In this document: one piece after another, positions 16,989 through 24,791 of the stretch
Layout of the letters: the number at the start of each line of letters is the position of its first letter
Numbering within the stretch: position 1 is the stretch's first letter
Source of the DNA: Ktedonobacteria bacterium
GTDB taxonomy: Bacteria > Chloroflexota > Ktedonobacteria > Ktedonobacterales > JADMIN01
Assembly: GCA_027307065.1 (NCBI GenBank)
Contig: DAHUXT010000002.1
Coordinates: 1 to 37,517 of the forward strand
Reading direction: 5' to 3'
DNA length: 37,517 nt
Program-made: the position numbers and the translations under genes
The notes under the pieces: generated by a model
Told to the model about the DNA's origin: nothing
What the model saw: only the letters and a program-made list of their open reading frames with translations
The model's database searches: none

Positions 16989-17004
16989 TAGAACTATAGT
17001 TCTA
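16989..17004 (-). promoter_or_regulatory. SOS (LexA/DinR-type) box, perfect palindrome TAGAACTATAGTTCTA
   Basis: GAAC-N4-GTTC core with flanking symmetry, located between the -10 hexamer and the RBS of the UmuD-like gene. Confidence 0.7.
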
Positions 17005-17006
17005 TA

Positions 17007-17035
17007 ATCATAGGCGCATGGTTGTGTCGTGTCAA
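17007..17035 (-). promoter_or_regulatory. Sigma-70-type promoter of the UmuD-like gene
   Basis: Minus strand reads TTGACA (17035-17030), 17-nt spacer, TATGAT (17012-17007). Confidence 0.6.
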
Positions 17036-17076
17036 GCAGGCAAAACGCGCCCAGGGGCGTTACATCGCGGACATAG

Positions 17077-17094
17077 CACCCCGAACACGGGGCG
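17077..17094 (-). terminator. GC-rich hairpin after the ferric-reductase-domain gene (possible terminator, no U-tract)
   Basis: Minus strand CGCCCCG-TGTT-CGGGGTG (7 bp including one G-U, tetraloop), beginning 7 nt after the TAA stop. Confidence 0.35.
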
Positions 17095-17100
17095 GGCATG

Positions 17101-17559
17101 TTACACACGCTCTTTGGAGACCTTCGGACGCGCAAATAGCCGCATCAGCACAAGAAACGCAATCGCAGCGGCGCCACCAACGTAGAGCGCGCGCAGCCAT
17201 GGTTCGCCTGAGTCGCTGCCCGCCAGCCAACCGTGAATCGTCACCAGCGCGAATGTCAGAAAGCTGAGGTAGTGGATGGTGCGCCAGAACCGATAGGGAA
17301 TATAGCGACGCACCCACGAGCTGATCAGTGTGAGCGCCATCAGGTAGAACGCAAAGATGCCAACGTTGACCGCGAGAGGACGATAGGGATCTTGGCCAGG
17401 AACGAGCAGATCATGCAACGAGAAAATCACGAAGGTATCGAACTTGATGGTGAGTAAGTGTCCGACGACGAACAGGCCAGCCAGTGTGGCGACGAATGCG
17501 TGCAATTCATCTATCACCCACGACAGATGCTCTGCTGACGTCCGCGCGATGGTGCGCAA
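17101..17559 (-). CDS. Ferric-reductase-domain (FRD, MsrQ/YedZ/NOX-type) bis-haem b membrane protein; 5' end unresolved
   Basis: H-x13-H (HAFVATLAGLFVVGH) and H-x12-H (HYLSFLTFALVTIH) on consecutive TM helices are the classic bis-haem FRD spacing. The frame stays open upstream to 17685 and encodes a further TM helix but no ATG/GTG/TTG (see findings). Confidence 0.7.
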   Translation of the reverse strand: MRTIARTSAEHLSWVIDELHAFVATLAGLFVVGHLLTIKFDTFVIFSLHDLLVPGQDPYRPLAVNVGIFAFYLMALTLISSWVRRYIPYRFWRTIHYLSFLTFALVTIHGWLAGSDSGEPWLRALYVGGAAAIAFLVLMRLFARPKVSKERV

Positions 17560-17703
17560 GAGTCCGAGCGCGACCGAGAGTGTCAGCGTGACATAGGCTA
17601 CAACAGCAGTCGTGCGGGTGAGATACCACAGTGTGGGGCTGGTAGCGTTAGGCCGCCGCGAGCGATGGCAGATGGGTTGCCGCGCTCACCAGGGGAAGTA
17701 GCG

Positions 17704-18798
17704 TCAGTCCAGCCATAGATCTCCTCCGCCTCCGACATCCGCGAGAAATTCATGGATAATTGCCGAGCAGACGATGTTTCCGTCGCCCAGTATCAGCAGC
17801 AACGCAACAGACTCATCACCATAGCGAACCGGGCCTGCGCCATGGCGCGCTTCCCAGGCATGCTCTACCTGATGGAGCGCCTCAGGATAGCCGCGCAAGA
17901 GGGCCACTTTCGCCGCCACCTCCGCATGCGCCGCCGAGGGCGCCAGCGCGGTCGCCGTTGCGATCAGCCGCGAGGGGTCGCGCGCGTTGTCGCTCTCGTC
18001 AATCCACAAAGGCACAGGGCGGCTTGTGCGTGGATCGAGTAGATGATGCTGGCGCTCGCCATTGCGATACCACCAGCGCCCAGTCGCCCCAGACGTCGCT
18101 ATGCCCCCATGGCGCATGGTTAACACAGCGGCATATTCGGACGTTGCCGGGTCTGCTGTCGCAAACGGATTGCCGATGGCGAGCGCCCACGGTTCACCTG
18201 GCTTCGCGCCACCCAGTGTGCGCATATCGCCTCCGGCATTGATAAGCACATTCTCGTAGCGTGCGAAGAAGCGAGCGAGCGCAGCGTCCGCGGCCCACCC
18301 CTTCGCGATACCTCCGAGATCCAGCCGTGTGCCGGGCGGCAACAAAACGCGCAGCCGCCGGGCATCCAGTTCGATGTCGCGCCACCTGCCCGCCACGAAT
18401 GGCACATCTGACGCATTGCCTGTTGCCTTGCCCGTTTCGCGATGCTCGATCTCGTCATAGTCACGGTCGTAGCCGATCGCCTCCAGCAACGGCAAGAGCG
18501 CGGGATCGAAAAGACCGCCGGTAGCGCGCGCCGCCGTGACGCTTTCGGCAACCACCGTGAAGAGTGTGCCTGAAACCGCGTACCAGGTACCCGACGACGC
18601 GTTGAGCTGGGCCAGCTCACTATCCGCCGCAAAGCGCGTCAGCCGGTCGCTCAGCGACTCCAGCCATGCCATCGCGCGAGCAATCGTCGCATTCGCGTGG
18701 GCCTCATCGCCTGGCGGAACGGCTATGTGGATGCTCATGCGTGTCGCCATGATCCGCCGGGTCTGTTCGACAACCACCCAATCGGGAGAAGAACTCAT
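17704..18798 (-). CDS. apbE: ApbE-family FAD:protein FMN transferase
   Basis: RIMATRMSIHI (RxMGT-like), LDLGGIAKGWAAD, GGIATSG and HHLLDPRTSRP blocks. I start at ATG 18798. The Arg-rich extension to 18936 overlaps the upstream gene and looks non-coding. No signal peptide or lipobox. Confidence 0.85.
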   Translation of the reverse strand: MSSSPDWVVVEQTRRIMATRMSIHIAVPPGDEAHANATIARAMAWLESLSDRLTRFAADSELAQLNASSGTWYAVSGTLFTVVAESVTAARATGGLFDPALLPLLEAIGYDRDYDEIEHRETGKATGNASDVPFVAGRWRDIELDARRLRVLLPPGTRLDLGGIAKGWAADAALARFFARYENVLINAGGDMRTLGGAKPGEPWALAIGNPFATADPATSEYAAVLTMRHGGIATSGATGRWWYRNGERQHHLLDPRTSRPVPLWIDESDNARDPSRLIATATALAPSAAHAEVAAKVALLRGYPEALHQVEHAWEARHGAGPVRYGDESVALLLILGDGNIVCSAIIHEFLADVGGGGDLWLD

Positions 18799-18811
18799 AA
18801 CATGGTGCTTC

Positions 18812-20275
18812 TTAATGGGCCGGCGATGGGGTGCTGGTCGCCTTTGGCGCCGGTTTGGGCTTTGGCGTCGCCGTCGGCGCGGACGGCCCTCCCTTGCCAC
18901 CACCACCCGGAGTCGCCGTGGCCGCGCCTCCGCCACTGTGACCCGGCGTAGCTGAGCTTGTTATGGTCGCTCCCGCACTTGGCGAGGTGCTGGCTGGTAT
19001 CGTTTGTTGCGCGGAGGATGCCGCGGCGACCCAGCTATCCGGTTTATGATTGGTCAGGTTCCATGAGCTATAGAGCAGTGCGCTCATACCCACCAGCGCC
19101 ACTGCCCGTACGCCCGTACGCCCCTTTCGCGAGCGGCCCGCACTCACACCAGGGATTTTACGGCGCACAACGCCAGCCGGAGCGCGCCCCCCAGAGGCCA
19201 GTGTCACCTGGCCAATTGGGTGCGCAATACAACTCAATACGATGCCGTCGGCCTTCTCTGCCGGTGAAAGAATCTCGCCGGGCTGGTCAACCTCGCCTTC
19301 GAGCACGCGCAACTTGCAGGTGCCACAGGTGCCCGCCCGACAGCTAAAGTCAGGGCGATAGCCGTTGCGTTCCAGGGCCGTCAGCAACGTTTCGCCGGGT
19401 TCGACGTTGAGCGCGTCCCCGGTGTCGGCGATGAATAAGTCCGTTGGCTCGCTTGCGAGCGCCGATTGAGCGACTCGATAGGCTGGGCCATGCTGGGACG
19501 CAAAAACCTCGGTGTGAATCTGCCGCGTCGCGACGCCCATCGCGTTGAGCTCGTCTTGCAGCTCGCGCTTGAGGCTTTCGGCGCCGCACATATACCAGTG
19601 TGCGCGTGGCGCCAGTGGTCCCGCGAAATCCAGGACCATATCGGTGGTCATCCGGCGGCCTTCAGACGAAATGTAGTGTCGCTGACGGAGCCAGACACGG
19701 TCAGGATCCATCTCGTCCAGTTCGTCGCGGTAGATGATGTCATCTGGCGAGCGCGACGCGTAGTGGAGCTGCACCAGCGGGCGCTCCCGTTCGGGCAGAC
19801 GCTGTATTGCCCGAAGCATGCCCATCAGCGGCGTAATGCCACTCCCCATGGCGACGAAGACGAATACCATCTCAGGGCTGACACGACTTGGCAGGGTGAA
19901 GGTGCCGCGTGGCAAACTGGCATAGAGCAGTGTGCCGGGCTGTACCGACTGATAGAAGTAGTTGGAGACCGCGCCCATCTGCATCCGCTTGATGGTCAGC
20001 TCCCAAGGTCGCGCCGCATCGCCGTCACCGCAGAGCGAGTAGGATCGGTACAACGTTTCGCGCGAGGTTGGCAATGCCAGCGTCACAAACTGGCCTGGCA
20101 GATAAGGTGCTGGCGCCTGTGTGGTTCCCGGAAGGACAATCTGCACCGACACGACATCAGGCGCGATCATGTTCCGGTCGATGACCTGCACAGGAAGCAT
20201 GTTCATGGGCGCGGCCACTGGCAATACACGCGTCATGCTGTCGTCAGGCGATCGTCCCCATGTGTTTTGCTGCAT
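18812..20275 (-). CDS. FNR-like FAD/NAD(P)H oxidoreductase fused to a plant-type [2Fe-2S] ferredoxin domain, with a C-terminal TM helix and S/T/P/G-rich tail
   Basis: RSYSL (RxYS FAD motif), AMGSGITP (NAD(P)H motif), CRAGTCGTCKLRV...LSC (2Fe-2S ligands), then RRK..RSRKGRTGVRAVALVGMSALLYSSW (TM) and about 80 low-complexity residues. Start uncertain (ATG 20275 chosen; 20236 and 20206 possible; the track ORF starts at 20350). Confidence 0.8.
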   Translation of the reverse strand: MQQNTWGRSPDDSMTRVLPVAAPMNMLPVQVIDRNMIAPDVVSVQIVLPGTTQAPAPYLPGQFVTLALPTSRETLYRSYSLCGDGDAARPWELTIKRMQMGAVSNYFYQSVQPGTLLYASLPRGTFTLPSRVSPEMVFVFVAMGSGITPLMGMLRAIQRLPERERPLVQLHYASRSPDDIIYRDELDEMDPDRVWLRQRHYISSEGRRMTTDMVLDFAGPLAPRAHWYMCGAESLKRELQDELNAMGVATRQIHTEVFASQHGPAYRVAQSALASEPTDLFIADTGDALNVEPGETLLTALERNGYRPDFSCRAGTCGTCKLRVLEGEVDQPGEILSPAEKADGIVLSCIAHPIGQVTLASGGRAPAGVVRRKIPGVSAGRSRKGRTGVRAVALVGMSALLYSSWNLTNHKPDSWVAAASSAQQTIPASTSPSAGATITSSATPGHSGGGAATATPGGGGKGGPSAPTATPKPKPAPKATSTPSPAH

Positions 20276-20650
20276 CCTCTCGCACTCCCTCGCTTCTCGG
20301 TGTCCCGAATTTTCCCGACAGACTACCCCCATGCCCGCCGCCTCCAGCATACCCTGAGTGTGCCGTCCCCATGCGATTTCGAAGACTCAGTACTAGGCTG
20401 CGGTCGCAAGCCGCTTTCGCATCGAGTATCGGAACTGTCTGGCTAGCAAACATATTCAGTAGCTTCCTGCGTAGTCGCTCGCGACAGATCATCTATTACG
20501 GGCTGGTCGAGAAATAGCCACTTCTTCATATCCCGTCGCTTTCGCAACAGGCATGGGGCATCATTGCGACTATGAGGGGACGGAACATGCGGTGACTGTC
20601 GGAAGGGCACGGCAAGGATAAGGATATGACGGCTCAGCGATACTACGTAG

Positions 20651-20696
20651 CCAAACGGCAACTGGCTGCCCCTCGACCGCATCGAGGAACAGCCAG
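20651..20696 (-). terminator. Intrinsic terminator downstream of the aldehyde dehydrogenase gene
   Basis: Minus-strand RNA CUGGCUGUUCCUCGA-UGCGG-UCGAGGGGCAGCCAG: 15-bp stem (two G-U pairs, which would be C-A mismatches on the plus strand), followed by UUGCCGUUUGG. Confidence 0.55.
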
Positions 20697-20713
20697 CGAA
20701 CGTGCGGGCCGAA

Positions 20714-22216
20714 CTATTCGGCGTCGCCAAAGATGGTGTAGTGCCAGGGCTTGCGCTGGTCACTGGAGGTATCGAGCATCACATGCTTGATCTGGGTGTA
20801 GTCGTCGAGCGCGTAGATTGACATGTCGTTGCCAAAGCCGCTTTGCTTGAAGCCGCCGTGGGGCATCTCAGGCGTCAGTGGCAGGTGATCGTTGACCCAG
20901 ACCGTGCCGAACTCCAGTGCCGCGCTGACTCGCATCGCTCGCTGCACGTTGCCGGTCCATACTGAGCCTGCCAGCGCGTAACGTACCGCATTCGCCCGGC
21001 GAATTACCTCGGCCTCGTCGTCGAAAGGCAGCACGACAGTCACTGGGCCAAAGATTTCGTCAGTGACGACTTTGGCGTCGTCGGGTACGCCGGTGATGAC
21101 GGTCGGCTGGAAGAAGAACCCATTCTCCATCCCGGCCACACGCGCGCGCTCGCCGCCCGCCAGGAAGCGTCCCTGGCCTTTCGCAGACTGCACTAGCGCC
21201 TCGACCCGCTGCAATTGCGCCGCGGATACAAGCGGACCCATGTCGGTCTGTTGCGAGGCGGGATCACCCACGCGTACCTGGCTTACGAGTTCGAGATAGC
21301 GCTTGACGAAGGCGTCGAACGAGCCACGCTGGACATAGAAACGGGTGGCGGCGGTGCAATCCTGCCCGGTATTGACGAAGCCGCCAACTACCGCGCCGTG
21401 CGCCGCAGCCTCGATATCGGCATCGTCGAATACGATGAATGGCGCCTTGCCGCCAAGCTCCATATGCACGCGCTTGAGCGTATCGGATGCCGCGCGCATG
21501 ACCGCTTTGCCGGTTTCGCTCGCGCCCGTCAGCGAGATCAGCCGCACATCGGGGTGCGCCACCAGTGCCACCCCAACATCGTCGCCGCCCGTCACCACGT
21601 TCAGGACGCCCGCGGGCAGTCCTGCTTCGAGCGCCAATTGTCCCAGCACCAGCGAGGTGAGTGGTGTTTCAGGCGCGGGCTTCAGGACGACGGTATTGCC
21701 AGCGGCGAGCGCGGGGCCGATCTTCCAGATAGCCATCATCAGCGGATAGTTCCACGGGGCAAGCTGGCCCACCACGCCGATAGGCTCGCGACGAATCATA
21801 CTGGCGTATCCCGGCACGTATTCGCTCGATGCGCGGCCGTCCAGTTGGCGCGCGGCCCCGGCGAAGAAGCGCAGATTGTCCACCGTAAATGGCAGATCGC
21901 TATCATGCGCCAGCTTGATGGGCTTGCCCACATTACGCGACTCCAGCGCCGCTAGTGCGTCAAGGTGCTCTTCGATCAGGTTGGCCAGCTTATAGAGCAC
22001 GGCAGAGCGCGCGCTTGGCCCGATGCCCGACCAGCGTCCATCGTCAAAGGCGGTTTTGGCGGCCTTAACCGCGCGCTGCACATCGTCGACGCTGCCTTCC
22101 GGCACCACATCGGCGGGCGCGCCTGTCGCGGGATTCACCAGCGTGCGCGTCTGCGCCGTCGCCACCCGCTCGCCATCAATCGTCAGCCGATCAGTCGTCA
22201 GCGTTGAGATCGCCAT
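20714..22216 (-). CDS. NAD(P)-dependent aldehyde dehydrogenase (aminobutyraldehyde/betaine-aldehyde dehydrogenase-like)
   Basis: ELGGKAP (catalytic Glu), GQDCTAATR (catalytic Cys), FGPV, PWNYP blocks. Start ATG 22216 preceded by AGAGGAGGAA; the track ORF is over-extended to 22360. Confidence 0.9.
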   Translation of the reverse strand: MAISTLTTDRLTIDGERVATAQTRTLVNPATGAPADVVPEGSVDDVQRAVKAAKTAFDDGRWSGIGPSARSAVLYKLANLIEEHLDALAALESRNVGKPIKLAHDSDLPFTVDNLRFFAGAARQLDGRASSEYVPGYASMIRREPIGVVGQLAPWNYPLMMAIWKIGPALAAGNTVVLKPAPETPLTSLVLGQLALEAGLPAGVLNVVTGGDDVGVALVAHPDVRLISLTGASETGKAVMRAASDTLKRVHMELGGKAPFIVFDDADIEAAAHGAVVGGFVNTGQDCTAATRFYVQRGSFDAFVKRYLELVSQVRVGDPASQQTDMGPLVSAAQLQRVEALVQSAKGQGRFLAGGERARVAGMENGFFFQPTVITGVPDDAKVVTDEIFGPVTVVLPFDDEAEVIRRANAVRYALAGSVWTGNVQRAMRVSAALEFGTVWVNDHLPLTPEMPHGGFKQSGFGNDMSIYALDDYTQIKHVMLDTSSDQRKPWHYTIFGDAE

Positions 22217-22391
22217 CGCATTCCTCCTCTTGGGTGACGCCAGCTTTCCATACTGCGGTGTCTGGCGAGCCGCGCACCCCTGGTTGTGGGCAGTATATGG
22301 GCCACATGAGCGAGTCTCAAGGGCCACGAATTCGGACATTGAACGACGTTCTTTGGCCAATGTGGCGAAACGTCTGCGCGCTGGCGCCGGT

Positions 22392-24035
22392 CTATTCGCT
22401 ATGGGCGTTCCGCATGCGTCGCGAGAGCAGCGCGGCCCGCAGGTTGAGCTTGCACAATGGGTCGCTCAGATCCACCTCGCATAACTCCTCGATCCGCTGA
22501 AGACGGTATTTGAGCGTGTGGCGATGAACGATCAGCTTCTCAGCGGCGCGGACGCTATTGCCGTCGCACTCCAAGAAGACCTCGAGCGTGTGCAGCAACT
22601 CGGCTCCACGCGCCCGATCATGTTCGGCCAGCCGCTGGATGCTACGCGCGAAGGCGTTTTCACCCAGAAGCTCCTGCGGGACGGCATGCAGCCAGTGTAA
22701 GATGCCAAGCTCCTCGAAGTGGGCGATGTGCCGGTCGTCGCCAAGTGCAGGAAGCAGCGCCAGCGCCTCTAGCGCGTGCTCGTAGGCGCGGTGAAGCGTT
22801 GTGGCATCCTCGTGCAGGGGGCTCGCACCGACGCGAATGCTGTCTTCGAGCGGCATTGCCTCTGTGATGATACGCTGGCACACCTCCGCGATGGCCTCGG
22901 CCTTTGGTGTCTCGATCAGCATCACCACCCGCCCGGCGCGTTCGCCGATCGCCGCCGCCAGCCCAGAGCCTCGCACGGCATTGCGGGCAGCTAGCTCCAC
23001 TGCGCGCACTTCGTTGGCTCCCGCGTCGATCACGATGACGGCATGTGGCGCTTCGAGCCGCAGCCGGAAGCGCCCCGCCTCCTCGCGGAGGGTATTATCA
23101 AGCTGGGCGTCCTTCGTCAGCAGACGGCTCAGAATGCGGCTTTCGGCGCGTTCCTCGGCCTGGCGGCCCGTCTGGTCGCGGAAAAGTATGAGCGCGGCGA
23201 CTGTGGCGGCGTGTTCGATGGCGTGGAAGTCGAGCGGTTCGAGGTCGCGCCGTCCCGCGATGATCCAGACATAGCCGTAGATCTTGCGCGCGACGACAAT
23301 CGGCGCCAGAATGCGCGCCATCGTCATGCCATGACTGCGTGTGCCCACGTCGGGATCGATGCGCTCTGGCGCGAGATTTGCGCGCACACGAGAGAGAACA
23401 CCAGTGCGGCGCAGGTGTTCCAGCAGCATTGGCGCGCTTCGCCCTTCGCGCAGTGCGGCGCGGCGGCTATCATCAATCTCGTTCTCAGAGCCAGCGGCGG
23501 CCAGTACCGCGAATGAGAGGTCGTCGATCTCAACTGGTCGCTGCAGCAGTCCGCAAAGTTCCTGGGCAACATCTTGCAGCGATCCGCCATCCAGCACCAG
23601 ACGTGTCAGTGAGCCATGAATCGAGAGCGACTGCTTGTAAAGCTGGTACTGCTCGTTGATGATCTGCTCGGAGATAGCGCGCACGACATCCTCGAATGGG
23701 ACATCCCACGGCATCTCGATGATGGGGAAATCGACCGCGTCGGCGGCAGTGCGAATGGCGTTTGGCACGGCATCGAGATAGCCGCCAATTGCGACCACCA
23801 TGCCCGCCAACCCTTTTTCGGCAAGCTCGCCACACAGGTGTCTCTGCGCCTCGGGGTCGTCGCGCAGGCCATAAAACGTGGTCAGCAGCAGTTCGCCGCC
23901 ACGCACCCACTCGCTGGCGTGAGGAATATCCACCGGATGTGCCCAGCGAATCTCGCGGTCGAGGCCACCTTCCCCCGCAACAACCCGGCTCCCGGCAAAC
24001 ACTTCCATCGCCAGCGCCTGGCGCACCGTCAGCAT
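22392..24035 (-). CDS. PucR/CdaR-family transcriptional regulator
   Basis: N-terminal purine-catabolism-regulator-like domain (VRQALAM..., GGELLLTT) and a C-terminal PucR HTH (NSVRAAEKLIVHRHTLKYRLQRIEEL). Confidence 0.85.
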   Translation of the reverse strand: MLTVRQALAMEVFAGSRVVAGEGGLDREIRWAHPVDIPHASEWVRGGELLLTTFYGLRDDPEAQRHLCGELAEKGLAGMVVAIGGYLDAVPNAIRTAADAVDFPIIEMPWDVPFEDVVRAISEQIINEQYQLYKQSLSIHGSLTRLVLDGGSLQDVAQELCGLLQRPVEIDDLSFAVLAAAGSENEIDDSRRAALREGRSAPMLLEHLRRTGVLSRVRANLAPERIDPDVGTRSHGMTMARILAPIVVARKIYGYVWIIAGRRDLEPLDFHAIEHAATVAALILFRDQTGRQAEERAESRILSRLLTKDAQLDNTLREEAGRFRLRLEAPHAVIVIDAGANEVRAVELAARNAVRGSGLAAAIGERAGRVVMLIETPKAEAIAEVCQRIITEAMPLEDSIRVGASPLHEDATTLHRAYEHALEALALLPALGDDRHIAHFEELGILHWLHAVPQELLGENAFARSIQRLAEHDRARGAELLHTLEVFLECDGNSVRAAEKLIVHRHTLKYRLQRIEELCEVDLSDPLCKLNLRAALLSRRMRNAHSE

Positions 24036-24242
24036 ACCTGATCTACCTTATCCAGCGGGGGTTCACGCCAGCACTGGCGCACCGCTCCTGATGCAGCATA
24101 TCATGCGGCTTCAATGCGTCGCAAGCCGCTCGCATTGCCGGGCCGCTGCCTTGCAAATCAGGTAGCTGTTGCCTCAGACGCTCGTGTGATACGGTACGCG
24201 CAGAACGACGCTGATCACTGTGGCTGATCATCAGGATAGGAG

Positions 24243-24791
24243 ATGCCAGTGGCCCAGATCGAATCGCTGACGGCCGATGGGGCGCGCGCAGTAATGGATG
24301 AGTTGGTCGCACTGCTGCAAGATGCTGTCGCCAGTGGCGCGTCGCTTGGCTTTCGGCGTCCATTGGAAACCGCCCAGGCGCAAGAGTACTGGCGAAGTGT
24401 CGTGGCCAAGATCGAACACGGCACACGGATATTGCTGGTCGCGCGATCGGCGGATGGCAGCGTGGTTGGCACAGCGCAACTGGATACGGATACGATGCCA
24501 AACGGTTCGCACCGTGCCGAGGTACAGAAAGTCTGTGTGCTGCGAACCGCCCGCGGCCAGGGCATAGGCCGTCAACTGATGCTTGCCATCGAGGATGCCG
24601 CCCGTGCGCGAGGACGGAAATTGTTACTGCTCGACACGCGCCAGGGCGATGTCGCGGAAAGCCTCTATCGAAAACTGGGCTATATCGAGGTAGGCGTTAT
24701 CCCCGCCTTTGCCCGCAGCGCCAACGGCACACTCGACGCAACGGTCTTCTTCTATCGCACGCTCGACGATGTGCCGCCGGGAAGCCCCTGA
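24243..24791 (+). CDS. GNAT family N-acetyltransferase
   Basis: Acetyl-CoA binding motif VLRTARGQGIGRQLM and a typical beta-strand pattern; 182 aa. Confidence 0.8.
   Translation: MPVAQIESLTADGARAVMDELVALLQDAVASGASLGFRRPLETAQAQEYWRSVVAKIEHGTRILLVARSADGSVVGTAQLDTDTMPNGSHRAEVQKVCVLRTARGQGIGRQLMLAIEDAARARGRKLLLLDTRQGDVAESLYRKLGYIEVGVIPAFARSANGTLDATVFFYRTLDDVPPGSP

Noticed and set aside
18799-18936. Arg-rich 46-aa N-terminal extension of the ApbE ORF (MAEARPRRLRVVVAREGRPRRRRRQ...)
   Set aside because: It overlaps the 3' end of the reductase gene in another frame and is a low-complexity shadow of the S/T/P/G-rich coding sequence. The ApbE core begins right after ATG 18798. The open frame is still noted in a finding as relevant to a possible fusion.
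20443-20763. 106-aa minus-strand ORF spanning the aldehyde dehydrogenase stop and terminator (and 20260-20517 on the plus strand)
   Set aside because: It overlaps the 3' end of a confident gene and runs through a strong terminator hairpin, with no RBS or motifs. The 20276-20650 region is more likely the promoter and leader of the reductase operon.
24210-24230. Direct repeat GCTGATCA ... GCTGATCA (13-bp spacing) just upstream of the GNAT start
   Set aside because: Only 8 bp per copy, so I could not distinguish it from chance without comparative data. It is possibly an operator, but unsupported.
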